Assembly (NCBI RefSeq): GCF_009914755.1
Contig: NC_060939.1
Direction: 5' to 3' (one strand)
DNA: 64,000 nt
Origin: the human T2T-CHM13v2.0 reference genome, Homo sapiens
Below the pieces are notes generated by a model. That model was given only the letters and a program-made list of their open reading frames with translations, did not search any database and was not told the DNA's origin. This document shows, in pieces, positions 42,495 through 60,400 of this stretch; the stretch's first letter is position 1; every line of letters starts with the position of its first letter. Position numbers and translations under genes: made by a program.

Positions 42495-44032
42495 GAACGC
42501 CATGGACCAGGCACCGTGCCCAGCAGCTGGGATGCAGCACTGAACACGAGACAAGCCCCTGCCCTGGAGGGGCTTACATCCCGGCAGGGTAAACAGCCAG
42601 TAACTTCAGAAACCAAACATCCAGTACGTCAGAGTGCCATGGGAAAGGTACGCTGAGCAAGGGCGGGCAGTGCCAGGGCTGGGGTGCCACTGTACAGGGT
42701 GATGGGGAGGCCCTCCTCCCTGGAGAGGGCGGCATGATCCTAGTGGGCCGAGGTCAACCGCCAGGGTCAAACGGAACACAACCCACTCTCAGGAAGACAT
42801 CCCTAACACAAATCCAGGGACTTTGTTTCTTAACCTTAAAATTGGAAACACTTCTTGCTACCAGGGATGGGGGGTGGGGCTCAGCGTTTGGGGAAACGGA
42901 GTGGGAGTCTTTTGCTGAACAGACTTTTGTTTTCTTAAGTTTTGAACTACATGAATGTATTTCCTTTTTTGAAAGGAAAATTGAAATAGGAAAAAATTTT
43001 AAGTCTTTTGGAAAGAATTAATCATTTTCATGGAACTGCTTCCCTATAGGGGCCTGTTTTCGTATCTGCCAACTTCCACTGAAACACGCAGATGGAGAAC
43101 CCTCCAGTGCTCCCGAGAAGGGAGACAGTCTTAACCCAGAGGACAGCATCCACCAGCCTGCAAGCACGGACCCCGTGCTGGTGTGTGAGTGCAGCACACA
43201 CTGGGCTAACCATCACCACAGTGAGACTGGCACCCTCTGGGGTAGGGTAGACTCAGGAAGGTGAAAATCAGGATGTCTGCCAGGAGCTGACAAATCCCTC
43301 TGGGACTCTCATACTTCAGAGGCTCTCCAGTTTGGCTATTGCTAAACTTGGACTAGCCCCTACTACCGATCTTAATACCCATGTACCAATCATTGCTGCA
43401 TCCTATTTGGAAAGCAATGGACAGACAGCCACGCTGAAAGCCCTTACTAGAGACTGGTCCACAAGATCAGATTTAGCTGCCCCTGGTTTGAGCCTTGCTC
43501 CCCTGGTGTCTTTTCTGGCGAAGCTGGGCCCAGAGAGCGTTTTACTAAGTGGGCTCCATGGTAGTGGAAGTGGTGGGGACAGAAGGCTGGCTCTATATGT
43601 GGCAGAGGCCTGAATAAACAGGGATTTGAGAGGGCTCAAGATATCCTGACTTAATCCTCAATGTGGCAGGCACAGGGCCATGGCCAGGCCTAGAGGAAGG
43701 TGGGCTGTTTGGGGTATGGCCCAGCAGGGCACGATGTGATCAGGTAGGGCGTAGGGAAATGGGTTACTGTCCTCTAAATATTCCATATATCACAAAGTTA
43801 CTGACTGCGGTCTCCACAAATTCAGGCTGCCAGTCCGATGCACTATATCCCAACAATCTGAGCACTCTGTCAAAGATGCTCACAGAGACAACAGGAGCAG
43901 ACAGAGCCTTGTTTCTCTCTTAATCTTCAGAGCCTAGAACTGAGCTTGGCCCTCACCAGGCACTTAGAAATTGCATAATGAAAGAATTTCAGATTTTTAT
44001 TAGTGGCAGTGAGCACTGAAAACCCAGTATTT

Positions 44033-44323
44033 GGCCAGGTCCAGTGGCTCACACCTGTAATCCCAACATGTTTGGGAGGCCAAGGCGGGAGGATGGCTTG
44101 AGGTAAGGAGTTAGAGACCAGCCTGTGCAACATAGTGAGACCTTATTCTACTAAAAAAATAAAACTAGCCAGGAGTGGTGGTTGCGTGCCTGTGGTTCCA
44201 GCTACCTAGGAGGCTGAGGTGAGAGGATCACTTGACCCCGGGGCTTCGAGGCTGCAGTGAGCCATGATCACACCACTGCACTCCAGCCTGAGCCACAGTG
44301 TGAGACCCCCATCTCACAAAAAA
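44033..44323 (+). mobile_element. Old (J-like) Alu in the AP3S2 3'UTR
   Basis: Diverged Alu consensus. Confidence 0.9.
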
Positions 44324-44357
44324 AGGAAAGCCTAGTATTCTATACAACCTTAACCTA

Positions 44358-44659
<302 letters not shown>

Positions 44660-45449
44660 AACCTTAACCTATTTTTAAAAAAGATGTTTATGGCTTTGCT
44701 GATAGCAGGCTGGAAAGCTAGCTGAATTTGCAGGCAACCTCAAGTAGTTAATGAAAAATTATTGTGGCTTGTCCAAAGGGATTGAGTTTTCCAAATAAAA
44801 AAGTGGGCTTCAGTTTTATGTCATTGTAAGAAGCCATGTGAGGGATGTTTGGATGCTCGCTTTGAATCTGTAGGACCACTCAATGATTTTTTAAAACCAT
44901 TGGTTTCTGGCAGGCAAAACATTCAAAATCTAGGCTATCCCAGGAAATCTAGCATAAGGGCTGTCCTGCAGTAATGCATTAAACCACGTAACAAACGAAC
45001 TCAAGAAGAGGGATGTGGCTCTGGATTTGTGACCCTCAACATAACATTTACCACCTTGGGCTTCGGCTTCAACATCAGTTAAATGGAGGGACACAGACGA
45101 CTCTTTGGCTCTTATACTCTATGACATGATCACTGGCCACCTTAGAAAATCAAGCCTATTTAGACCACGGTTTGTGAGAAGTCAGACTCTCTGAGGCTCA
45201 GTTTCCTTATCTATAAAAAAGAAGATGATAACATTGGGAGAAGCCATCTTAAGCAGCGAGGAAAGAAAAGGACAGTGGAGTCAAGTGAACAGTCTCAGAT
45301 CTCAGCCCCGTGTAATCTAAGGGAAGGTTACTGGAGCTGGGTCTACTTTCGTCATCTGCAAAATGGGGATAAGAATGCCTGTTGTAAGGACAGTTGAATG
45401 ATCTTGCTCATGCCAACTTACAGAAGGTACGAAATAAACACCGATCTCC

Positions 45450-45455
45450 TTTATT
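45450..45455 (-). terminator. Candidate proximal poly(A) signal of AP3S2
   Basis: AATAAA followed by GU/U-rich GGTGTTTATTTCG...TTCTGTAAGTTGG downstream on the minus strand. Confidence 0.55.
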
Positions 45456-46488
45456 CTGATCTCACATTCAGCAAATGTGAGAGAAATGTGAATGTACTGA
45501 AATGTCTGCCAGAAAAAAGAAAATCCAACCCCTCAAAAGAATGACATCAGGGGTTTTGATATCTATTCACCTACACTTCCCTCTTCCACAGGAAGCGGCC
45601 CACCTTCTGACCCACACTGCCCATCTCTGTGCTTATCATGGAGCTTTCAAGAGTGAGGATCGGAGGCTGTATTGAGCAGTGGGCACAAACCACAGGAAGC
45701 GCTGTTCAAAAATGGAAAACAAGGTGGCCCTGACACCGGGTGCTGCTGGGCACCCTCTCAGACCTGCCCTGCAACAGCATCAGGAGGCTGAGGGTCCCCA
45801 GCCAGAAGGCCCAAGAGGGGCCCAGGCTGGAAACTTTACTGCGAAGCAGCCCTCATCTTAAGGTGGCTCAACACCACACCTGAGATCTAGCCCATGCGAC
45901 AGTATGGAAGCAGGAGGCCCTACTCCACCACAGAAAGAACATTTATGGGCGCCTAAGCCCTGGGAGAATGGCACCTGAGGGAACAGAGCGTGCCCACAAG
46001 CAGACCTTGGGGAGGGAGAAGAGGCAGCCCTGCTCCTAGTCGCAGCCAGCGTGCGTCATGTCCAGGCCCCACAAGGGTGACCCTGGCTCAGGTTCTCATG
46101 CTCCAGAAGCTGGCCCAGGTGGCAGTGGGTTCCCTATGGAGGCAGCTCATCATTCACAACACAGCAACAAACCTTCTGCTCTCATGAGGAGAATGTATTT
46201 TAAACTTGGGAAGAGTCATAATTCTGGGATGTTTCACATGTTGTCAGCTTTAACCTTCTACAGACACAGGCCCTCTCCTCTGTGAGGAGGGACCTCTGGC
46301 ATGTGTGGGTGTGTGGTGGGTCCCTCTCCCTATTAGCAGAAATGTGTTGGGCATGAGCCAGGTTTATGATTTGGATTGTGTCCTGCACATAACACCTGTG
46401 AGAATACAACTGGGACTAGGACAATGCGGGAAGCATATTCTTCATGAGGCGGTAACCAAAAGGCTTGGCTATACCAAAGGATTCTGGT

Positions 46489-47973
<1,485 letters not shown>

Positions 47974-49485
47974 TTAACTTTCCCCCCTTATTCCTCAAAA
48001 GTAGCCAACAAAACAATCTTGAGGTTAGATGGGGTTTGGCACAGGGATCCAAAGCCTGCAGTCCTACTAGACTACCAGCTCCTCAGAGGCGGAGTGTGGC
48101 CTATACAGTTTCACAGCCCCAGCCTCTCACAGTACCTGGCACATGGTGGGTACCCAATAAATGCTGAAATAATCTAAGGTGATTTGTCAGGGGCACTTTT
48201 CTGGTTACAAAACAAAACAAAACCCTTTCCTCAAGAGACCAAAGACTCTTATTGAAACGTGCAAAGTCACAGGGAAGTTCTTAAAAGGAAAAGGACAGTC
48301 ACAGCTCTAGGGCAACTGCTTGCCAACTAATAATGTGAGATGAAAAGAGCTGGCTTTGGAAGTGTCATGTGGCAACAAGCTGGGAGAAGGTGGGGGGTAT
48401 CACAGATAAAGAAGAGCTGGTGACAAAACGCAAAGAGTATGCACATCTACAGTGAACCCCCACCTGGCAGGCTCACCCCCATGTGGAGGGAACGGCAAAA
48501 GTGGATGAAAACTCTCTCACAATCATTTTTCCCCTATTGCCTTCTTTCCGGATACCAACTCTGCTTCTGCCCTCACCCAGCAAGTCTCCATTTCTTCTCA
48601 TTTCCAACCCCCTTGCCTCTGACTCACTTACTATTCCTGGAATCTTCCCAGCCTACATTTCTAAAAGAACTATAGCTGCCACCAATAGCTGTGGTCTGGA
48701 AAAGCTTCTTCCACAGGACTGCCAGTCCTCACAGAAAGAAGAATTCCTGGTTTCGCAAGATCAAGTTCCGTATACAAGGCAAAGAAGCTCTTTAAGACAC
48801 TCAGATAATTAAAGAGGTAATTTGTTCTGCTATTTCTGCATGTGAAAGTATAAGTCTGTAACCTCTGTGCTCTGGGAAGGCTGAGGAAGGGGACGGCGAG
48901 ACCTCAGAGGGATAGGACAGAATTTATGTGAACATCTCTATCAAGCCCAGCACCATGTGGGGGTGGACTGGGGTATGTTATTTTCAAGCCTAGCCCAAAC
49001 TCTACTGTAGTTTTTTATAAAGCTAACTGGAAATAAGGAAATTGGCAACTCTGAGGTCTGAAAGACACCACGAGAAATGGCTGCTGGGAGATCAGACTCT
49101 TAGAGCACACAAACTAGGAAACCACACTGGACTAGGGAAGAGGGTTCTGGGTCCCTCCAGGGAACGAGTGGCTTTCAAAGGAGGAATTACAAACCACAAA
49201 CATGGGCCATAACCCCCAAGCCAGAAGCTGTTTGCCTTCCTCTGCCATCTGGCTTTTCTATTTGCTCTTCTACCCTGAAAATCTGAGATTTCAAACTTGT
49301 TACCTGTTTAATTTTCAGGGCTGGCTGACCTTCAAATCCATGAGTTTCAATGGACTCAAGGAAGAAAGAAGATGAGTATCATTTCCCGAGGTTTCACAGC
49401 AACACAAACCAACACATGTACACACTCCTGCCTCTGCCCAGGTTTTCTCTACCCAGCCAGGGCTAGAGCACAGCTGCTTACTCAC

Positions 49486-49593
49486 CTCGGATTTCTCCAG
49501 CCTGTTTTGAGCCTCAATCTGAGCCACGATTTCATTCATGTTTGTTTCCAACACCATCCCACCCATCACCACCTCCTGGAGGATGTAGTGCAC
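49486..49593 (-). CDS. AP3S2: AP3S2 penultimate exon (exon 5, 108 nt)
   Basis: VHYILQEVVMGGMVLETNMNEIVAQIEAQNRLEKSE, clathrin adaptor sigma-3 sequence; TTTTAG/GTGAGT. Also used by the known ARPIN-AP3S2 readthrough. Confidence 0.95.
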
Positions 49594-50827
49594 CTAAAAG
49601 GGAAGCAAAAATCAGGAGTCAGAATACTCTGTGGTGGTCAGAGTGTAACCCACGAGGTTTCCTTTTCCTGCAGCAGCAGAGTGGTCAGATATGACCTGTC
49701 CTGACTCACAACTCAGACACTCAAACCCCCCTGCCCAGTGACACAACGAGGGGTCTCTCCCAGGTCTTGGCACATGGCAACACGAATCTCTCCCCTCAGC
49801 AGCGAGGTGGTAGCTATGAGCACAGGCTTCAAAGTCTGACAGCTCTTGTTTAAATTCTGGCTCTGCTACTTGCTAGCTGGGTGGCCCTGGGCAAATTACC
49901 TTTAAAGTGCTTCAGCTTCCTTCCAGGATTGCAGTGAGGACTGGATGAGATAAATGTGTGTAAAGCACCTAGCCTGGTGCCCAGGACACACTGGGTTCTA
50001 AGTAAGGAATGGTGGCTTTCATTATTAATATTACCATCATCAACACTGACTGTCATTAAGTAGGTCCAGCTATGACAGAATAATCCCTGTCCAAGCAACT
50101 GAAATGAATGTCTTCCACCTTCTATAAGGCAGATCCTCCAGCCTGTGCTCCACTGAAGGGACGTGATCAGAGCAAGATAGAGCCCAATTCCTTTGCACCT
50201 CTCCTCACCTCATTTCTTACTGCTTAGATTAGAAAGCAGATTCAGCATAAACACCTTTCTAAGCATAAGGGTCACATTTGGGCTTAGGTTCCATCTAGCT
50301 AGCAGTCATCTAAACAAAGCTGAATCTCAGTGTACCTAACTGCTGTGATGGGACGGAGGTGACTCAACTACTGTACCCCTTTGTGGTAGGAAAGCTGTCA
50401 CAGAAAGCCCTGGGTGGGTCAAAGCAGAGATGCCCACTGTGGTTCATAAGGAATGGTACTCCATATTTCAAACCAAATCACATCAAATGGCCCTCAAGGT
50501 GCTTTCGGTCAAGTTGGGAAGACAGCAAGTACAACCTTCTATTGTTAACTAAGTGCCAAATGACTGGGATAGTCCTGGGGAAGTCAGAGAAGAAAGGGTA
50601 CAGTGGCTAGAGAGATCAGAGAGCTTCACAGAGACAGTGGGAGGATGGAAGCTGGGCTCTGACATTAGAGAGGTAGGGGAAAGAATTTCAGGTAGAAGAT
50701 GTTGGAAGGAGCAATTCAGCTGGTGTATGGGCAGGTATGGGGAGCTCCTGGGTCTGGCTGGGATGGCAACTTTCTTTATGCAGGAGAGAGGCTAAGACAA
50801 GGCTGAGAAGGTAATTTGGGTCTGGAG

Positions 50828-51015
50828 CAGGGCTTCTCAGCCTAGGTACTAGTGACATCTGGGACCAGATAATCCTCTGCTGTGGGGCTGTCCTGTCACT
50901 GTGGCCTGTTCTCTAGCATCCCTGGTCTCTACTCCTCCAGCTTGACAATCAAAAATGTCTCCAGAATTGTCATATGTGTTCCAGGGGGCAAATTCACCCC
51001 AGCTGAGAACCACTG
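50828..51015 (-). mobile_element. MER20 (hAT-Charlie) non-autonomous DNA transposon
   Basis: TIRs CAGGGCTTCTCAGC / GCTGAGAACCACTG; internal TCTGGAGACATTTTTG; degenerate 8-bp TSD GTCTGGAG / GTCCAGAG. Confidence 0.8.
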
Positions 51016-51454
51016 GTCCAGAGTCTAGAGTCAACCACCAGTTTACTCTGTCAGCAATGCAGAGTCAAGAAGAAAGATGTGTCTGCATATCTGGGCACTG
51101 TGCACTTCTGACATCTGAAGTTCTCTGGCATTGGCTCCCTGTATTTTGCCCTCAGTAAGTGCAGGGAACTTCTGATCTTGAGGACAGAGTATAATAAATC
51201 AAATGTATTCCCTTGCGTGTGTGCCCACATTGAGCTTTATTAACCACTGTTCTGTCTATACACACGCACACACACACTCTCACGAGGTGTTCTTACATTT
51301 TATACAATATGAATTATTCATTAGCTATATGCAAATGAAGATTTAATGGTAAAAGTCTCATATTTAGATAATTTACAAAATGTTAAACAAGACTGGTTTT
51401 AAAATTATTCCCTGGGGGAATTCCACTGTTTATACTTCCCCATCAAGAAATAGG

Positions 51455-52120
51455 CCTCTGAAAACAGTATGGTGGTTCCTCAAAAAGATTAAAAACAGAA
51501 TTACCATATGGCCCAGCAATTCCACTTTTGGATATACACTCAAAAGAACTGAAAGTAAAGACTTGAAGAGAATGTGTACACCCATGTTCATAGCAGTATT
51601 ATTCACAACAGCCAAAAGGTGGAAGCAGCCCAAGTGTCCATGAACAGACGACTGGATCAACAAAATGTGCCATAGAAATACAACAGAATATTATTCAGCC
51701 TTAAAAAGGAAAAGAATTCTTTTTTTTTTTTTCATCTGAATTGAGATGCTGTAAAAGGGAAGGGAATTCTGAGACACAATGTAACACGGATGAACCTTGA
51801 AGATACTATAAGTGAAACAACCCACACACAAAAGGATGAGGACTGTGTGATTCCACTCCTGTGAGGTACCCAGAGTAGTCAAATTCAGAGACAGAAACTG
51901 GAACGGGGGCTGCCATGAGGCAGGGGGAAGAGGACAGTGGTGGCTGTTGTTTAATGTGTACAGAGGTGCTGTTTTGCAAGATGAAGAGCTCTGGAGACGG
52001 ATGGTGGTGGCGACTGCACAACAATGTGGATATACTTAATGCCACAGAACTGTAAGCTTAAAAATGGTGAAGACAGGAAACTATATGTTACATATTTTAC
52101 CACAATTTAACAAAAAAGGA
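51455..52120 (+). mobile_element. L1M 3' end fragment
   Basis: GGTTCCTCAAAAAGATTAAAAACAGAATTACCATATG.CCCAGCAATTCCACT... through TTTTACCACAATT and an A tail. Confidence 0.85.
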
Positions 52121-52238
52121 GAGAAATAGTCCTCTATACCTGCACTTTCAGTATTTATTCCTTTTATTTAGCCAATCCCTGTGTGGGTAGAAAGTAGTAC
52201 TTGTTGAGTATCTATTATGAACCAAGTACTTTATGTAA

Positions 52239-52535
<297 letters not shown>

Positions 52536-54373
52536 TGATCCCCCTGCCTTGGCCTCCCAAAGTGCTGAGATTACAGGCGTGAGCCACCACGCCTGGCCTG
52601 ACTTCACTTTATATATGAAGAAATTGATACATTTTATATATGAGGAAAAGGCAATAAAATGATCCCAATGTCATGTATATTAGTAGCAGAATGGTGCTGA
52701 TTCCAGAGCTCATGTTCTACCCTTTATATCATACTTCCTCAGAATCCCAAACTGTGTCTTCCACTCTATTCATCCCTGACCCCTAGTCCACATGAAATCA
52801 TTTAAGACTTGTCTTTGGTGTGTCAATATCTTGTATTAATTCTTCCATGCTTTATCTCCAAGGCCTAGAACAACGCTCAGAGTAGGCATGCTAAATGAAT
52901 GAAAGGCTTTCCATATATCTAAGTAGCATATTCCTTGGGCTTTAGGGACTTCGAAGATAGACAACAGTGTGGTGGTGGGGGCTTTCTGGAGAAGGTATAG
53001 TAAAAGGCCTAACACATGATGTCGTGGAGACTAGTGGCTGGTTAACAGAAAAAGTCAGTTAAAACTTCTTATTTAACACTGCATCATAAAGTCAGCATTT
53101 TCAAATGCTGTTCAAAATATGTTCCAAATGCAAAAAGAAGAAATAAAAATGCAAACTCCATTTTTGTTATAACTACAGGATATCCAAAATTCCAAACCCC
53201 CAAACAGGTGAAAAAGCTGTCAAAAGCAGGGAGCTCAGGCAGGGACTCCTTTGCTTCACAGAAGAAAAAGAAGAAAGGATGCTACAGGGAGAGGACAGGG
53301 AAGCTGGTGATCTCAGAAAGATCTGCAAAAATATGTACTTCCTGTGGGTAAAGGACACACTCCAGCACCAAATTAATTCCTTGTTTTTGGAAGGCAGGAA
53401 CTTCCTTGGACCTGAAGTTGAGGCTAAATGAGAAATCACGCAAGCTACATTTGCCTCACAGAGGTGGTGTCTGTGGTAGTAGAGAAGACATCCTTTGCAT
53501 TGTGGAGATGCTAAGAGACGCCTTGCCTATCTCGATTGGCTGGCTAGAGACTAAGGGTAAACGGACTCACCCAGAACCCTAAATCAAGGGAACAACTGTA
53601 GCTAGCCCAGAACAGAGTTTTGGTAGCTCCTCCAACAAACATCCTGCAAAACAGCTGGTCCCTGAAAAACTTGCCTATTTAAAGATAAGTATACAAAAAA
53701 TCTAAACAGGATCTATATAAATATACAACGAGAAAAAATTAGGAAAGAAATAGGAAAACCAAATGGCAGACTAAGACCACAGACTGGAAAAGGGCCTCCA
53801 TGGACTAGATACAATGGTAATAAAATATTTTACACAAAGAAAAAAAGAAAACTTGATAAAATAGTTGTCTCTATGAAATGAGAGCTCAAAGCAGAAATAC
53901 AAGAACTTTAGCAGAGGTAGGGAGACGAGAAGAGAAGACAAGCTGCATACTGGCAGAACTGAGGAAAGAAGTGAAAGGAAAAATACTGTTACAGAAATGA
54001 AGGTGAAACTGGAAGAAGCAAAGGGAGAAGAAACTGCTAAAAACACACTAGGAACAAAAGGAGAGAAATGGAAAAAAAAAATGAAACCAAAAAGGGCTAA
54101 AAGAAATAGAGAAGAAACAGTTACAAAAGACAGCAAAGGAGATGTAATATTTGCATAAAAGAAAACTTTAACATGAATGGGAAAAATATGTAAAGATATG
54201 TTCATAAAGATAGAATCTAAGGTGTTTCTGAACTATAAGAGGATTGGGGTCTACACACTGAAAGGTCACACTGTATCCCAGGGGAAACAAATTCAGAATA
54301 GGCAGTACCAAGATACACCTTTAGGTAAGGTTTCTGGGTTCCTGCAACCAGGCAAAAAGATCAAATCACTTAA

Positions 54374-54762
<389 letters not shown>

Positions 54763-54874
54763 TAAGCCACTGTGCCCAGAAGACTCAAGGACTTTATACC
54801 CAGTCAACTGTCCAGCAAGGGTAACAGAATGGGGACCATTATTCCCAGGTATTTCTTTTTTTCTTTTTTTTTGA

Positions 54875-54979
<105 letters not shown>

Positions 54980-55129
54980 TGAGTAGCTGGGATTACAGGC
55001 ATGTGCCACCACGCCTGACTAATTTTGTATTTTTCGTAGAGATGGGGTTTCTCCATGTTGGTCAGGCTGGTCTCAAACTCCCAAACTCAGGTGATCCGTC
55101 CGCCTTGGCCTCCCAAAGTGCTGGGATTA

Positions 55130-55677
<548 letters not shown>

Positions 55678-56066
55678 TCAGAAACAAAAACAAAAACAAA
55701 AACAAAAAAACTACGGCAAAAACTTACGGTGAGCACTGAAAACTACTTAACTGTAGGTCTAAGACTAAAATAGGATTAGGGTAACAACAGATCGTCAATA
55801 CTATATGCTTTGATGATGTATAAAACTCCAGCTAGCAAAAACTAGGAAGAGAAGAGGGGAAAAAGGAGGGAGGTAGAATACGAACACTGATTTCCTCACC
55901 CTCAGTAACTGAGAGTCCATGGATAGCATTTAAAACTAAAGTAATAAAGATATGGTTAATCTGACTTTTACTGTGACTTTTCCCATGAATGTTCAAGCCT
56001 ACCATCATTGTTATAAACAACAAAACTTTGAGAGCCACTGAACTTTTGGCTAGGGCCAAAAAACCC

Positions 56067-56080
56067 TCTTTCTTTCTTTC

Positions 56081-56115
<35 letters not shown>

Positions 56116-56190
56116 CTCTCTCTCTTTCTTAACTTTTTTCTTTCCTTCCTTCCTTCTTTCCTTCCTTCCTTCTTTCTTTCTTTCTTTTTT
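56067..56190. repeat. (TTTC)n/(TTCC)n compound microsatellite expanded from an Alu tail
   Basis: Directly visible, almost pure pyrimidine tract. Confidence 0.9.
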
Positions 56191-56366
56191 TAGAGACAGG
56201 GTCTTGCTCTGTCACCCAGGCTGGAGTGCAGTGCCATGATAATAGCTCACTGCAGCCTTGAACTCCTGGGCTCCAGCAATCCTCCTGCCTCAGTCTCATG
56301 AGTAGCTGGGCCTATAGGCATGTGCCACCATGCCCAGCTTTTTTCCTTTTTTTTTTTAATTTCTAA

Positions 56367-56507
<141 letters not shown>

Positions 56508-56655
56508 TAGAGTTTTTTGCCATTATTGCAAAAAACTCACCCAGAATGCATCATCTACAATTTCCAGTTTCTTAAAGTTAGAACTCAAACTGCTGTGAAA
56601 CAGTAAGTACAGAATCCTAGATTTTTAAGATCCTTCCACCTCTACTCTTCCATAG

Positions 56656-56922
<267 letters not shown>

Positions 56923-58129
56923 TAGTAGAGACGAGGTTTTACCATGTTGCCCAGGCTGGTCTTGAACTCCTGAGCTCAGGCAATCTGCCTACCCCGGCCT
57001 CCCAAAGTCCTAGGATTACAGGCGTGAGCCACCATGCACAGCCAGAATAATTTTCTTTTCTCCCTCATAATTTAATCTGTATATTATTTAATCAAATTAC
57101 ATAATTACAGTACCAGTTTACTGGCATAAAGAGATCTGGAAACATCACAACTGACCTTTGGTAAGCAAAATGACTCAAGTGTAAGTGAGCAATGGATGAG
57201 CGAACAGCTGCCCGTGTTAGTCCTGCTAGTCAGTTCAGACCTTGTCCACTGAATATGAAGTTGACCATGAAAGATGGCTAACATTTCTCTGATTGGAGAT
57301 AGATGGGACTTAAGAAAGTTGGAGGCTGCCAAGCATGGGTGTGGGAGCAAGCAGTCAAGAATCAACACTGAACTCATGTACCTAAAGAACTGGAGATAGA
57401 GTCAGGGCACAAAGAAGGGTTCTGTTAAACAACAGAAGTTGGCTGATACGCTGACCTTGAGGATGCCTGCAGAAATCTAAGTAAATACCTGAGAGAACAC
57501 TGACAGATAAAGTCACAAACCAACACAGGGAGGCTGGTAGGGAAAGAAAATCTGAGACGTGAGTCATGTAAATGGTATTCAAAACCACAGGAACAGAAAG
57601 AAAGAGGCTAAGTCTTCGAGAGGCCTAAACTCAGCTTCACACAGTGTGCGCTGAACAAATATGAATTATGAAGTAATAATAATTCAACCTTCTACTCAGC
57701 AAGCATGGGAAATAATGACACTAGCAAAATTCACTCAGAAGTGTTTATTAACAGAGTTTAAACAAAAGTGCTACTGATTTTTCAGTACTTGGCAAATCCA
57801 ATGGTAATTCAACCTAAAAATAATTACAACCAGGATGAGTTTCATCTGACATAAAGATTAGGATAACCCCAATAAACCAACAGGATATCTTGATATAAGG
57901 GGAAGGCAATAGAGAAAATGCTTCGGGTGATAAATCTGAAATCTTAAAAGGTAAAATGAGGCATAGATACTGATGTTTTCCAAGATCAAGATACATAAAT
58001 TTATGACAACATTTTAGTGAGTGAAAGTCGGTGTTTTTAGCTCTGTCCTATTTAAATTTTTCTCTTGGAACCCCTGAAAATAGTCAAGAGTAGGAATGAG
58101 TACTGTAGTCAAAATGTCAATTCCTCTAA

Positions 58130-58568
<439 letters not shown>

Positions 58569-58673
58569 TAGCCAGGATGGTCTCGATCTCCTGACCTTGT
58601 GATCCGCCTGCCTCGGCCTCCCAAAGTGCTGGGATTACAGGTATGAGCAACTGCGCCCAGCACACCTGGCTAA

Positions 58674-58904
<231 letters not shown>

Positions 58905-60187
58905 TAACCTCTGCAGACAAAAGTAGATTAAGACCAGGCATAGCAGCTCATGCCTGTATTCCCAGCATTTTGGGAGGCCTAGGAAGGAGGATTGCTTGAG
59001 CCCAGGAGTTCAAGACCAGCCTGGGCAACATAGTGAGACCTCTGTCTCTCTAAAAAAAAAAAGTTTAAAAACTAGCTGGGCATAGTGGCACAAGCCTGTA
59101 GTTCCAGCTACTCGGTAGGCTGAGGTAAGAGGATCACTTGAGCCTGGAAGTCAAGACTTCAGTGATTGCACCACTGCACTCCAGCCTGGGAGACAGGGCG
59201 AGACCCTGTTACAAAAAAAAAAAAAAAAAAAAAAAAAAGTAGATTAAAATGAGTCTGCTAGTTTCATATCAGAATTGAATCTAAGAAGAAAAATAAAAGT
59301 GTTTCTTCAAGGATACAGATGTGCCTCAGGAACCTAGCTCTAGAACTACTAGGGGTGGGGACAAGTCAGTTGCAACAACCCTCCGGAAGGACAGAGGATT
59401 CCATGCTCTTCAAGGGTTCCATCCCTGGTTGTTTCTCACTGAAATCAAAGAAAGTTCTGAATCTAATCCCATGTCAACAGAGATCACTTAAAAACAGACT
59501 GATCTGGTACCTGAAGATAATAAACAAGAAGGCATAAGCAAGGTATTTAAATTACCTTTTACTCTAGTAAAAACACAGTCTCCAAACCTTAAATTGGTCA
59601 TGTTCCAAATGTTTAAGTATTTAAATTTACAATGCATTTTTCTATAAAGGTAATAAGTAAGATTTTCAAGGCTAGCAGCTCATGAAAGCAGACTTAAATC
59701 CATAAAGCTACCCAAAATGTGGTACCAGAGAGCACCCCTGCCACTACACCTAATATGAACAATACTGTTTCTATAATAAAATGCAGTTCTGTATTGGGAT
59801 GGCAGGATTCCATCTAACCGAAAATTTCACAGGCAGAGAGGATAAGTAAAATCTTTTGAGACACTAGCAGCACGTTAATGCATGCCACATCCCAAGCTTA
59901 ATCGAATCCATAGAAACCTCTAATCTAGATCAATCCCTCTCCAGGTCCCTTGCACTGTAGGGCAAATGCCTGTTGTGCTACAAAAGACAGAGGCTCACAT
60001 TCCTACTGTGGAGTCTTTCTCAAAATAACTGTGTTATACATAGAAGACAAAAACACTAATCAAATATAAAAGAGCATGGTCACAGTGCTTGTATTAAAAC
60101 ATGAGGATGCCAATACTGCAACACTCAAGTTTTGAAAAAGAATTGTTAATCACTGACAAGACTCTAGTCTACTATATAAAAAGCTGA

Positions 60188-60400
<213 letters not shown>

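Noticed and set aside
53571-53661. Possible cryptic AP3S2 exon (donor GG|GTGAGT at 53571 with nearby AG acceptors)
   Set aside because: Such motif pairs are common in long introns; cannot be supported without RNA data.
53771-54205. Hydrophobic 144-aa ORF resembling a membrane protein
   Set aside because: Reverse strand of an A-rich decayed L1-like tract.
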